Assembly: GCA_037447605.1 (NCBI GenBank)
Contig: CM074806.1
Coordinates: forward strand, 1,426,001-1,490,000
From: Zygnema circumcarinatum SAG 698-1b
Lineage: Eukaryota > Plantae > Zygnematophyceae
Length of the DNA: 64,000 nt
Direction of reading: 5' to 3'
This document shows positions 26,077-49,800 of the stretch, piece after piece. The notes under the pieces were generated by a model. It was not told the origin of the DNA, did not search any database, and saw nothing but the letters and a program-made list of their open reading frames with translations. Positions within the stretch are counted from its first letter, which is position 1, and each line of letters begins with the position of its first letter. Made by a program: the position numbers and the translations under genes.

Positions 26077-27818
26077 TTACTCATCCTCAACACTGCGAAG
26101 CCGTGCATTTCCGTTCGTCAAGTTGATGTTCAGCTGCTGTGCCCGCTCTACGATGGATTTCCTCTTCAAAGTGGAGACATTGTGGGCTATCTCTCCACAA
26201 AACTTCCTGCACAAGCAAACAAACAGTACAGAACTTTAGTTGAAGCTGATCTCAGGCAGGATGGACGTACTGGACTAATTGAGAGGCCTGTATGCTCTGC
26301 CTTTGCAGAAACATAGAGCTGCTGGTGACGCTCTCGCAAGCATACAGGAGTTACAACTCGCAATATTGAGTCAGGCAACTCATGCTTCAGAACCTGCTAG
26401 CTTAAACCTCTACAATAATCCATTAATCCATTGCCAATATCACCAGTGCACAATTTGCTCTAATAATTAATGGAGCAGTTTTAAAGAAAAGCTTGACAGT
26501 CAGCAACACTGTTAGACTCTCGAGCCTGATGAAGTCCATGCCAAATATAAGTGATGCCTATGGGATACGCAACACTGAGACATCAGCGGACCACAATCCC
26601 AACTGTCTCCAATCTGACCCCACCGTCAGGTTCGACAGCCAGTCAATATAGCAGCCAATGGTTTAAATTAAAAGATTGTCCCATCTCTCAGAGTTTGACT
26701 AAAAACTGAGTGGACAGTCATTGAATTTCATATGCATGGTGCATGGCTAGAAAATTCCAAGCGCCCCTAAGGACCATCTAAACCTAATCATACATGCGAA
26801 CGTGAGGACAAACAATAGCACTCTTAATGGCATACTCTGCAACGATCGTCCGTTTTCAAACAGTGATACGACAATCGCAGCCAAGTCCATCAATTGAAAA
26901 CGAAAGATGTTTCCGTTTGAATGGCACTGACGACGACAGTCAATTCAGAGCTTGCTTAGCTTGCTTGCTTGCTTAGTCTTGCCACAAAACGGCCTAAAAA
27001 TAGCTTTCTCATGGCTTTGAAAAAAAGGTCAGCTAAGCCTGTGACTGTTGCTTTCCACGGTGGTTCAGATGTGTAAGTAAGAATGAGCAGCCATGTGTGG
27101 CCCTCGATATCATCGACAAAGCCTTATTAAAATGTCGTGAAAGCAGGAAGATGGATATTTCTATCCTAATTCTTCCTAGTATGGGGTCTACTGCTGTAAT
27201 CAGAACGGTAGAAAGGTTATGCACATCACAGAGCACCTTCAAACGACTTGCTGAACAAAGATGGCAATAACTTCAAGAACCGAGGTCGGACCTGTTATGC
27301 ATCATGAGCATGTTAAGATCATTGACGTTGTGCACGAGAAACTTCCAGAAGCCATTTGGAAGCAGATGGCGGGTGAGCTTGTTGGTGCCATATCCTATGT
27401 TGGCCATGCGCGTTGTTCCCTTGAACTTCCTTCGCACCCGAGAATCAATACCCTTCGGCCGTCGCCAGCTTTCCTGGTGCAATTCTCAGCCAACCCAGCG
27501 CCCTTTACATCAGCATACAACCTTGTAGCTCGCTTCCCTACATGCTTCACACCCTCGGGCTAACTAGAAGCCCCTCCTCATTCCCAGCATGCCATCCCCT
27601 TGCCTTTCCTAAGCCACCTCCTCCATTTTCCTCCCAATCCAACACCCCGACATCAGGAAAACCAAAAATTAGGGTTAGGCCGCAGCAAGCGCGGTGGCTG
27701 GCCGGGAGCCAGTGAGGCACGGCCTGACCTTGACGCATATCTTTCGGTCAGACTGCGCGCGCTTGAAGCGCTTGAGGCGCTTCTTGACGACGGTGTGCTT
27801 CACGAGCGGAGCCACCAT
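26077..27818 (-). CDS. RPL32: 60S ribosomal protein L32 (eL32), 3 exons
   Basis: [30 protein letters not shown] / [19 protein letters not shown]…NIGYG…LMMHNR / [42 protein letters not shown]. Confidence 0.97.
27669..27679 (-). promoter_or_regulatory. Telo-box-like motif (AACCCTAA) in RPL32 intron 1
   Basis: TTAGGGTTAGG on the + strand. Telo-boxes are known near the 5' ends of plant ribosomal-protein genes; function here is not shown. Confidence 0.5.
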
Positions 27819-28081
27819 GGCGACGGAGGCAGGAGGAGGGAGGCAGGCGCTGCGCGGCGAAAGGGCCTCCCTTGGGCGCGCGCGCCTCCATATGCCCTTC
27901 CTCCCGGCCGGGGCTGAACCCTGCCCGCCCGCGTTCCATGTCCGTGCCTGTCACTGTCACAGTTAAAGTTACAGTGGAAGTTCACGTCACTTTCTGTTTT
28001 ATTTAAAATGTGCACTTTCAGTTCTCAACACAAAGAACCGGATTTCGATTTGGGCGCCACAGCGACTCTCACTTGTCGCAG

Positions 28082-28230
28082 GAGGGGATTGGGAGGGAGG
28101 GAGGGCAAGGGAAGGGAGAGAGGGCGAGAGTGGAGAGAGAGAAGGAGAGAGAGGGGGAGAGGACGAGAGAGAGTGAAAGAGTTAGAGAGAGATAGAGAAA
28201 GGGACGAAAGCGAGTGAAATAAGGGAGAGT
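28082..28230. promoter_or_regulatory. GA-rich tract in the RPL32/SF3A1 divergent promoter
   Basis: Purine-rich GAGA/GGGA run between the two start codons (27818 and 28269). Confidence 0.45.
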
Positions 28231-28268
28231 GGCAGGAAGTAATTTTTTATATTGGAAGGTGAGCAGGC

Positions 28269-31200
28269 ATGCCTGCGCTTCAGGAAACCCTAGCGCTCCC
28301 GGCACCGCCGCCGGGGGGGCTGAAGGATGCGACGCCCTCTGTAGTGGAGACGAAGGGAGAGAGCGGCAAGGCGGAGGAGAAGCCGAAGCAGACGGTGGTG
28401 GCCACGCAGACGCGTTCCATTGGCATGATCCACCCTCCTCCTGACATCCGCAGCATTGTCGACAAAACCGCCACGTTCGTAGCTCGCAATGGCCCTGAGT
28501 TTGAGAAACGTATCCTGGCCACTAATAAGAATAATGTCAAGTTCAATTTCCTTATTCCCACAGATCCCTATCATGCCTATTACCGACATAAGGTAGGAGA
28601 ATTCCGTGCTCAAGCAAATGCTCCTCCACAGGCCCAAGCAGCCATTGCTCTTCAAGAGCCTCCAAAGGAAGGAGCAGGGGGGGAGGCTGAAGTGGAAGCC
28701 AGAGGGGGCGAGGAGGGAAAAGCTACTCAGGATGGTTTACTTACAGGTGCAGCTGCTAAGCAGCTTGAGCCTCCAGAGCCAGAGCAGTACACGGTGCGGC
28801 TTCCGGAGCTACTCACTGGTCTGGACTTGGATGTCATCAAACTCACGGCGCAGTTTGTTGCAAGGAATGGTAAGAGTTTTCTGACGGGGTTGACAAGCAG
28901 AGAACACATGAACCCACAATTCCACTTTTTGAAGCCGACGCACAGCATGTTTACCTTCTTTACAGCGCTAGCGGACGCCTATTCAAAGGTGCTTATGCCG
29001 CCTAAAGGCCTAGCCGACAAGCTCCGACGTGACGCAGCTGACCGTATGGCTGTCTTAGAGCGCTGTTTGGCTCGGTTAGAATGGGAGAAGTCCCAGCAAC
29101 GTGCTCGCCAGAGGGCAGAAGATGAAATAGAAGCAGAGCGCACACAGATGGCTCTCATTGATTGGCACGACTTTGTAGTTGTGGAGTCGATAGATTTTCT
29201 GGAAGAAGAGGAGCCCACTTTGCCTCAGCCTATGAGTTTGGAAGATGTTATCAGGAGGTCGAAGCAACTGGCTGATGATGAAGAGCTGACGGAGGAGGAT
29301 CGAAGTGCTGTTTCACACGCTGCAAGAGCTTCAGGGGCCCCAGGAGAAGTAGTGAAAGAAGTGGAAATGGAGATGGATGAAGAGGAGATGCAACTTGTGG
29401 AGGAGGGCATGAAGGCTGCGACACTGGCAGATGGGAAGCCTTCAGGAGACGGGGCTGGTCCTGCGCCTGGAGGGCAGGTAGTACTTTCTCTCATCACGGC
29501 TACTTCTTTTCGGCAGTTTCTATTTGCATCAATTAAAGAACAAGAGTTGCATGGGGCAAAACGGAAGAATTTATTTCTAGTGCAATTGGTATATTGGGGT
29601 ATAGGTAAGTCTTAGTCAATGTTCTCTGGCAGACATGACGAGCATGTGAATGGTTATGTAATGCAGCGACGGCCAAAGATAGACCAGACTTTCATCAACT
29701 TCTCTCAATTGTCGACACGGTATACATTATTGTCATAAATTTTTCTGTGCTCTCCCTCTAGCAGCCCTTACAAGGGTCTCAAGAAATTCTAGTTTGCAGG
29801 TCATGCCCATCAAGACCTGGTTAACTAACTGCATGTCGTAGGGTTCTTCTCACGGTTTCCTCCTTAGCAAGACCTACATTACGGACTTAAGTCTCTGTCT
29901 CGGAAGGCCGCTTTCCAAGTTCAGTGCACTTGGACAATTTGAAGCTTGGACTTTTTATGTAATGCACTGGTAACAGTATTGTAATCATCTGTGGGGATTT
30001 AACTAAAGATTAAGGTCAGGGTTCTCAGATAAGGTTGATTCTCAGGTAGATCATTTTTTTCTATTTGTTTCTCTCAGCAAAGAGACCTGGTCCAGCACAT
30101 CATCACATGAGCATGGCATTGCGTTATCTCACTTCTTATCATATTGAAGCACCCTTGCGTTTGTTTGTTTCCCTTAGTTATTATGCCGTCACGCTCACGC
30201 AAACATATGCACCTGCAGGTGGCCACTATCTTGTTTTAGCTTACAGTTTCGAACGTAAAAAATCTGACTGGTTCTATCCTTTATCCTTTCTTTCATAAAC
30301 CTCTTTAGCACTCTGTAAGTTGTGACATTGGTTGCCGGTCGGTCTGCGGACGGTGTACAGGATATGGACATGGAGCAGGACATGGAGGAGGAGGAAGCCC
30401 CTATGCGAATTGTTCGGAACTGGAAGCGGCCTGAGGAAAGGACGGCCCCTGAAGCAGATTCTACAAAGTTTGTCGTATCGCCGATTACAGGGGAGCTGAT
30501 CCCGGTGCCCGAGATGGCAGAACACATGCGAATTTCACTTATCGATCCAAAATATAAGGAGCAGAAGGAGCGTATGTTGGCCAAGTTGCGTGAAAATACT
30601 CTTGCAAGTGACGATGAGATTAGTCGCAACATTGTTGGCTTGGCTAAGACGAGACCGGATATTTTTGGCACAACAGAGGAAGAAATATCAAATGCAGTGA
30701 CAGCAGAAATTGAGAAAAAGAAAGAAGAGCCCAAGCATGTTGTGTGGGACGGCCATACCGGCAGCATTGGTAGGACAGCAACGCAGGCTATGCATCATGG
30801 CATGTCACTTGAGGAACAGATCGCCGCCATCCACCGCGAAAAGGCAGCATCGGCAGCTGCGGAAGGCCGTGTTCTTCCCGGCCCTTCATCCCTCCCTCCC
30901 CCAAAACTCGCCACTCCACCCACTCGACCTCTACCTCCTCCCCCCGGTCTCACTCTCAACATCCCTCGGCCTGTCTCTAGCATGTCTGCAGCTACTCCTC
31001 CCTTAGCTCCTCCACCAGCTCCTCGTGCTCCTCCTAGTCTTAACCCTCCGTCAATGAGACCATTATCCATGCCTCCGCCACCTCCCTCTCTTTTGCGGAC
31101 ACCAATTGCTCCTCTCTCAAGGCCCCCTCTAGTTCCATCTTTGGCTATGGCACTTTCAAACCCTATGTCTACTGGAGGCCGCCCTCAATTTCAAGCTCCG

Positions 31201-32317
31201 CCTCCTCTAGGCTCCGCTTTTGTGGGTCTACCACCGAGACTGCCTCCGCTTCAGCCTCAAGCAGCTATGGGTTCTCTTCCTGTCCCTCTTCCCCTTCCTG
31301 TGGTTCAGACCATGCCACCTCCCCCCCCTCCAGATGAATCTGCTCCCCCTCCTCCCCCTGAGGAGCCTGAACCAAAGAGGCAGAAAGTGGAGGAGGTGGT
31401 GCTTGTCCCAGAGGCAGAGTTTCTGGCTAAACATGCGGTGAGAGTGGCATGCCATTTGCCTCCTTGCAAAGCTGGAGTTTTTTTGTTGAAGAGAATGAGA
31501 TTAGAGGAGCGTTTGATGAGGATGTTAAGAGTTTGGGGACATGTAATGGTGAGGCCGCAAATGTTGCAAGTTTGCATTTGAGCTTGCAGACTAAGTTGAC
31601 GTTACGGTTTAGCAATTATATTTGGTAGCGAAGGGCAATACCACATTCCATCTTGATTACTTATTGGGGCTCAAGTGAATGCTCAAGTTTAAACCCATGT
31701 TTGACCCTCGTTTTATATAGCTAGTAGAAGTGCTCAATCCTTTTATTCTGTAAGTTGTCAGGCGTAATCACGTTTTTGAGCAGGAAGTACGTTTGCTTTT
31801 TGAAGAGTGTGCATTCATTCTATGTGTTCCATGCAAGTCGTGCTTTTGTGATGTCAGCCAGAGGGTGCACATTTCAAGTCTTTTTCGTGTCGTGCGTTTC
31901 GTTGGTCAATATTGCTTCTCATGAAACAACATGATTCTGTGACGCCTTGCCCCTTGATACGAAATGGAAACTGTCATTTTTGAATTGCCTTGACAATCTT
32001 TTGTCAGGCTGAAAAGCTCACCCGTTTACTTGGCTGGATTACAGGGCGCTGTCAGCATCTCTGTGATGGTGCCGCTTGTGGAGGGAGAGGCTAACCTCAA
32101 GGGGCAAACCGTGGAGATAAGTGTTGCTTCACTGTCAGAGACCACAGGAGCCCTCAAAGAGCGAATTGCTACTGAAGTGGGTTTGCCTGCAAACAAGCAA
32201 AAACTGAGCGGACGAGCCGGCTTCTTCAAGGACAACCTGTCCCTCGCTTATTACAATGTGGGGCCTGGTGGTGTGGTCACTCTTGGCCTCAGAGAACGTG
32301 GGGGCCGCAAGAAGTAG
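28269..32317 (+). CDS. SF3A1: Splicing factor 3A subunit 1 (SAP114/Prp21)
   Basis: Two SURP domains (IHPPPDIRSIVDKTATFVARNGPEFE; DVIKLTAQFVARNG), PRP21 region (IDWHDFVVVE; SPITGELIP…HMRISLIDP), Pro-rich linker, and C-terminal ubiquitin-like domain ending LGLRERGGRKK*. Exons approximately 28269-29477, 30358-31437 and ~32040-32317. Confidence 0.96.
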
Positions 32318-33292
32318 GGCCCCAGCTGCTACTGCAGCTTAAAATGGTTTAGCGTTACTTCAGCCTCAGCCTTGGCCAAAAGGGCTGACACAAGGCGTCC
32401 GCGAAGTTGGCCGTTACGCTTTGAGGGGGTATGTGAACGGCAGCTTGAATAGCTGTGTTCTGTCTGCTCCGCCTGCTCTATTTTCCTTCGAGGTGATGCC
32501 TCTTGTATATCTCAGGCCGTCAACAGATGTACCTCGGAATGTCGCATGTGCAATTCTTCTTTGTGGTTTTCTGCAGTTCAAATGGAAATTGGCTCGACAA
32601 TCTTGAAGAATGGCTCTACTTTTTCTCGAAGCTTCACCCTCTGCTTGGAAGGTTGACTAGTCCTGCAGTGTTACCGGAGCAGTACTCCGAGTCAATGTGC
32701 TGGGAAAACCAATCCTTTCATCAGCTATTGCTCGTGCTGCACATGGAGTGAAGTGTATCAGCTGATGCCAATCACTGAGCGGGAATAAAGATGGGTTCAG
32801 AGCGGGATTTGAGTCTAGGGTTTGGCCCTCTTGGGTCGCAAAAGGTTAAAAGGGCATTTACTGGCAAGAAGCGCTTCACAGGGTTTGAATGCGACGCACC
32901 AGAACCGAAGTTATTGGTTGACCTTTTTAATGGCCGTAAATGAGTTGAGGCAAGAATTGAGGCACCAATAAGCCAGTTCCAAGATCAGCCAATGGCTGGA
33001 ATCGCTGCCAAACATGACATGTGCAAAAGGTATTGTCTTGCGTAAAAGGGACAAAATCGATAAATATATAAATATATTCTGTTCTTATAACAAATTATTG
33101 AATGAATTTACAGGGATATTAACAAGCGTTGCTAATGCAAGGAGTTGCCCTAATAAATTAAATAAAAGCTTTGTAAAGCGATGCTTGCTGGCTAGCCCTG
33201 TCTGCTCTATTGTCAGTTTACATGCCGGCGGTGTTGCCGCAGTTCCCAGTTTTATGAATACAGCATGGAGGCAGTTCCCAGCCAGTCGTGCC

Positions 33293-44076
<10,784 letters not shown>

Positions 44077-44654
44077 CCACGGCGCTGCGCTGACCCCACC
44101 CCGCGCTCCTGCACCGCACTGCTTCTGGGAGGGTGGGAGCGAGGGGCGGTGCTAGGGCGCGGGCGCAGCAGGCGGTCGGTCGGCCATGAAGAGGGGGCAG
44201 ATGCGGCCAAGCAACGCGGCCCGCCCCGCCAGCGCGATGCGGCCCCGCGCGCTCGCACCGACGGCCGGACAGAGCGCTGGGCGGCCACGTGGCGCTCGGC
44301 CCGCGCGAGGGCCGCCCAGGCCCCCGCGTACGGAGGGACTGTCCGTACCGAGACTGGGCGTACGGAGCGGGCGCGACCGGATTCGGGCGGGCGGAGATCG
44401 CACGCGTCGTACGGCATCGAGCCATCCTGTACGGCATGTACGGCCATGCGGTGGTCGCGCGTAACCGCCGCGCGCTTAAAGACCGGCGCGCGGTGGGCGG
44501 GTGCCACGTGGTGCGGAGCGAGGGGGTCGCTGCGGGCCGGCGCCGCCTCGCGATCGACCGATCGATCGATCCCCAACGGTCGGGCCGGGTCGGGTCGCTG
44601 ACCGACCGACGACCGACCGCCACTGGCGGGCGGTCGGGCACTGGGCCGGGCCCC

Positions 44655-44686
44655 GGGCGGGCGGGCGGGCGGGCGGGCGGGCGGGC
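44655..44686. repeat. (GGGC)8 microsatellite
   Basis: Direct reading. Confidence 0.95.
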
Positions 44687-44704
44687 GAGGGAGGCGCCAT
44701 CCCT

Positions 44705-44780
44705 ATCCATCCATCCATCCATCTATTCATTCATCCATTCATCCATCCATCCATCCATCCATCCAGCCATCCATCCATCC
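44705..44780. repeat. Imperfect (ATCC)n microsatellite
   Basis: Direct reading. Confidence 0.95.
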
Positions 44781-45033
44781 ATGGCGAGGTCCGGACCGGT
44801 CCTGTCCGGTCAGGTCCCTGATGAGCGTGATGATGGCGGCGGCCGGGCGGCAGTACGGTACGGTATGGTACGGTTCGGGGAGGAGGGTGGGCCGGGCGAG
44901 ACGCAAGGACTCGGACTGACGGACCCGTCCGTACAGGCCGGTACGGCCCACAGGCGCACATGATGATGATCATGAATGACATCGCGGACGCGCGCAGGCA
45001 GGCAGCGATGAGTGAGGCCGGCCGGTACCTCGT

Positions 45034-45076
45034 ACATCCATACATCCATACATACATACATACATACATACATACA
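45034..45076. repeat. (CATA)n microsatellite, resuming after the MITE at 45660-45673
   Basis: Direct reading. Confidence 0.9.
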
Positions 45077-45659
45077 AACCCTACTACCAATTAGGTTGAG
45101 AAATCGAATATTTTTCTTACTTCATTGTTCAATGTTTAACAGCAAAACCAGAAAAAGTTTCAGTTGCACAGGCCAATCGAAACTTTTTCAACTTGTGAAA
45201 TTGAACAATTTGAACAGAAATTCAAATGTCAATATATTCGCTTACACGTGTGGATTCCAGTTTTTGCCACGTAAGATTCAAGCAGTCTGGGATTTCCTTA
45301 ACTCCGGCCCAATTTTTGCCGTACGACTTTTTGCGCCAGATCAACCATTGCCGTACAGTACATTCCACTACCGTACTGTGATGGAAACCAGCACCGGGTC
45401 CAACGCTCTGCGATTTGTTGATTAGTGGATGCAAAGTGAACGGAAGTTGAACGCGAGCGGGAGTTAATTGTTCAATGTGCACCTGGATTCGTGAAGGATT
45501 TGTCTTGAACAAGGACCGATTTCTCATGAAAAAACCGAAACATAGAGGAGAAACAGTTTTTTTTTCTGAACTGCGACTTTGAAAGTTTTTTTCTTAAAAG
45601 TCAAAATCTTCAAATAATTTTTAATTACTTATGTGTTCAACCTAATTGGTAGTAGAGTT
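45077..45659. mobile_element. MITE-like element, about 583 bp, AT-rich, 23-bp TIRs
   Basis: Left end AACCCTACTACCAATTAGGTTGA (45077-45099) and right end TCAACCTAATTGGTAGTAGAGTT (45637-45659), one mismatch. Non-coding AT-rich interior in a GC-rich context. The TSD is ambiguous because both flanks are CATA/CATC repeat. Confidence 0.8.
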
Positions 45660-46030
45660 CATCCATACATACACACGACGCACGGCGGGGAATTGACACA
45701 CTTTTTGGGTTACCGTTGGAAAGGATCGGGCGAGACAGGCTGTTGGCTGTTGGCAGCCAGACTGCGAGGATCGCCGGGTTCGGTTACGCCTCGGACAGCC
45801 TGGAGGGAGGGAGGGAGGGAGGGAGGGAGGGAGGGATCGCGCGTCAGCCGCCAGGCGTCCGGGATAGACAGGGGACGGATGGCAACATACCGCGCGTGGC
45901 GGTGGCCTTCCGCCGCTCCCTGCCCTCCCTCCCCTCCCTACTTGCGGTGTGACCTGCGCGGCTGCTTCGAGGGAGGGCTTGAAGCGATGTCATGTTGTGT
46001 CTAGGTTTAGCTTTCCGCTCTAAGCTTTAG

Positions 46031-46120
46031 ATCCTATGCGACCAGTTCCTCGTGGTTCCCCATGCTGATGTTGGCCATGTACATTTGATATCATCATCTC
46101 CATTGTGAAACCAATGCCAC
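46031..46120 (-). repeat. Dispersed repeat copy B
   Basis: GCGACCAGTTCCTCGTGGTTCCCCATG…CATGTACATTTGAT…CAATGCCAC is the reverse complement of the copy A/D pattern. Confidence 0.8.
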
Positions 46121-46182
46121 TTCCATTTCAATATAATTAATTTATAGTTTTATATTAATTTAATACACTTTATAACTTCGCG

Positions 46183-46272
46183 CTTAGGTCCTTTGCGACC
46201 AGTCCTTCGTGGTTCCACATCATGCTTTTGTTCATGTACATTTGATGGCCTCGCCATCGTGAGTTCATTGCC
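46183..46272 (-). repeat. Dispersed repeat copy C (tandem to copy B)
   Basis: TTTGCGACCAGTCCTTCGTGGTTCC…CATGTACATTTGATGGCCTCGCCATCGTGAG. Confidence 0.8.
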
Positions 46273-46537
46273 ATTTTCTCCTTATAACGCGTTATAAAAT
46301 TAGGGTCCATTCCAAATCCAATTTTATAACAATTCGAGGTGACGTCATGTCACGTCAATCGACGTCATGTCACCGACTGGCGACTTGTGACTGCCGTACC
46401 GTCCACAACGTCCGTACCGTTCAAATTCACAACGCATCGTCCAACGACACACACGAAGAGTAAGTGGCACAGTTCATTATTGGACCTACTGAAAGGTTGG
46501 AAGCAAACGGAAATGCCTCCTTAAGTCCAAGGGACCT

Positions 46538-46568
46538 CATGCCATGCCATGCCATGCCATGCCATGCC
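46538..46568. repeat. (CATGC)n pentanucleotide repeat
   Basis: Direct reading. Confidence 0.9.
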
Positions 46569-46879
46569 GTGCCGGACTTCGTGCAGAGAGAGCGCAGCTA
46601 AAGAGAGATATTCCCAACACGCAAATGCCTAACAGGGATTCGCGAATGTGCCTGAACTTGACCTAGAACAGTGAAGATCCTCGTCACTAGAAATCAATGG
46701 CCTACGAAAGTCGTAGCTTCAAGCTGGTGCACAAAGAAACGAGAGGATTATTAATCAATTAAAAAAAAGAAGGGAAAGGGGAGAAAAAGCCATCCGGTGA
46801 GAGGCAGAACCACAGCAGAATGGAAAATGCAACATTGACCAAATGGGTCGTGTCGACTAGACGCACGCGCTGATCCGAG

Positions 46880-49800
46880 TCACTTCTCCACGATAAACTC
46901 CTCCACCGCGATTCCTGTATGCCGCGCAGCACTGCTCTGCAGGGCAATCATCACTCGATGGCCCACGGCCAACTCGGAGACCGACACAGCCTGTCCATCT
47001 GCAAAAGCACCATCATCGGCGAAGGCAGAAAAGTGTCATCTTCTGAAAGCTTTATTTGCATGGTTTGATTGAATCATCGCAAGGTGGTTCAAAGCGACGA
47101 AACTGTCTGCTAATTGACCCTTTACCCACCGCCAAAAACGGGAGTAACAACAAAACAAGAACTGCGCACAGCAAAGACCTCAGAGCTGGTGAATCGTTTT
47201 CAAAAGTGGGATGAAAGGAAGTGACTTCCACCCATTGGGTGTGGCTGGACGACGAACTCATTCCTGGTGATGCAACTTACTTTCTATGTCACAAGGCTGC
47301 CATGTCCCTTCCTCTACCGTAAGGGCAGATTGGGCAACTTTTCCATGCAAGCCCCTGTCAACTTTTTACTTAATTTAAAGTAAAAATCCAGGAAACGAAT
47401 CCAGAAACAGAACGGAAGATAACAGTTTGAGAAAGTTCTGACACATCTACGTCAACCCTTTAACCTTCCTTCTGCTCTGAATGGCAACACATTCTCCTCG
47501 CTCCTTAGAAACCAGTTCCATAGGCCGTAGTGTGTCTTCCTCCATCCCTACTCTTCTGCACAGCTCAGAGGGGGTTGCGTCTACCTGAATGCACAAGGCG
47601 CACGGTTTCGGCATTCTGCAAGAGCAAGCTGTGCCGCTCCCTCCTTCCCCCGTTTTCAACCTTCACGAACCCACCCATGCCCCTTCATACCGTCATCTTC
47701 AGCAGCATACAAACAGAGCTAAGGGATGGATGGGGCCAGCAGCCCTTGCAGGAACACCATCCACAACAGAACCGTTAGCAGCACAGCCCAGCCGTGCTCT
47801 CCCTCCTCCTACCTCCGCTTCGACCAGCAGCAGCGGCCTCGCCTCAATCTTGACACGGCCCACTACCGCTCTCCGTGTGCGTCCAAACGAGTCCGCCACC
47901 ATCACTTCAGACCCGCTACGAAGCTCGGCAAGATAGGCCGTACGGCCCCCTGGGGCTGCCACGTATGCATGCACCGGACCCTGATATTGACCAGGGGGGG
48001 GTGCATCTGAAGTCAGGTCCCGGCTGCACTCAAATTTCAATAGTAGGGAGCATACAAGCAGAGGAGGAGGACAAAGATAAGGGTAGGATTGATCCTGTTA
48101 GGGAGGGGGAGGGAAGATGGAGGGAGTATTACGCACTGCGTTCACGCGGAAAGGACGGCTTGCCACGTAATCTGAATAAAGGCACTCGGAGTGGACCAGA
48201 AATAGGGCTCTTGCAAAGGATCCAACCTGATCAACATTCATAGGGTCCACATGGTTTTTTCAGCACAGATTATCGGCTTTGCGCTTTGTGCAAAAGCAAC
48301 AAGTGACAAAATCTACCTTACCTAGCATAGAACATGAACCATTTTCTTGGTCTAGCTGAGTTGCGAACCACCTTATGACAAAAACCAGCATTCGATAGAA
48401 AAAGTTCCACTCTGAAGGGCACTATGTGTATGGAATATATTGCCTTGTTATCCTCTTGTTGCAGTAAACAATGGGAGGGGGACCTCACACCAGGAGACCC
48501 TCTCCGGGTTGGAGAATGGAGCAGAGGTCGACGCATACGCGATCTCCTGAACCGACCGATGTCACGGCAGTCACTGTTGCTGCTTCAAGAGCAACAGCTC
48601 CCTGCATGCCATGCTTCATCCTCAAAAATTCCTGCATTGAAGAAGTCTAACACAGGAATGGTCAGGAATCTAAAAAGCGATGGCAGTTTGCGTGATATGC
48701 TAAACGGGGGAAGTTGCCTCTTCCCTTAATCCTGACCTGACCCAAATCCACTTTAACTTTGCCTTCTATCTTGAGCCTATTTACACATTTCAACGTGCAG
48801 GTACGTCTGCTATGAGAATTTTCAGATCTAGGCAAAGTGTTCACTTGATAAACATCAGAAGTTTGCTTTGATTAAGGGAGGTCTATCAAGCATGCACTCC
48901 CATGAGCACTGTACCTTGAGCACAAAAACGTCAGAAGGGTCCTCTGTTTGGAGAACCACGCCGTCTGTTCCTCGCTCCAAAGCCTTCAAAAGAAAGTCAA
49001 GCTTTTGAGATCAACAACTCATTGTGATCCATGAGAGGAATTCCGACATGCATTCTCCTACAGAAATGCTGTCGTTTTACTACAAAGTTGTAATTAAACT
49101 TCCGCAAGTCTTCTGCCAGCACGTGAAGGAATACCTCAAGAGCCACTTGCGCATCTGCTGCAGTCCTTGAAATGACAAAGACGCGCGTATTAGTGTGTTG
49201 AAATGTGGCAACAACATTCTCCGCTGGAATCACCTGAAAGCATAAATCCGTAAAGAAATCCTTTTTGCCAATGATTAAATCACGTGGGCTCATAATCTTC
49301 TGTCAGCTTGGAGTTGTGGTGACACAAGTTGCAGAAGACGAGATGCTCCAAACGAAGTTGAAAGGGCCATTGAGATCAGAGAGCAACACATTCATTTTGC
49401 AAGATTTCGGAAAAACAACCATGACAATAGGAAGCTTAGGAAAGTTCAGGCAAACACTTGATATCCAAATCATCTCAAGAAGTGAGAGCACCCTGTGATA
49501 ATTGAAAGTCTGCAGAAACAACAATCAGCAGTCACGTAATCAGTATAAGGGAAGCCTGCATCAGGAGTCACCTGCCAGTCTTGCAAGTCCAAGACCACCA
49601 CCTCCCACCGTCCTGCGAGCTCAATAGCCTCTGCCAAGTCGAATGAAGAACTAATTTTTCGGTAGGTTGCAACAATGCTTTGGGAAGCCTTGCTTTCTAT
49701 TGACTCACCAGCGAGAAATAAAATGTTTAACTTAGCCATGGCTGCACAAAGCAGAGAAAACTTCATTAGGTTTCCATTACGAACCATACGCTCCTGGTGG

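Noticed and set aside
26206-27291. Possible intronic snoRNA in the 1.1-kb RPL32 intron
   Set aside because: I found no sense-strand C/D box pair; an Infernal/Rfam scan would be needed to exclude H/ACA RNAs.
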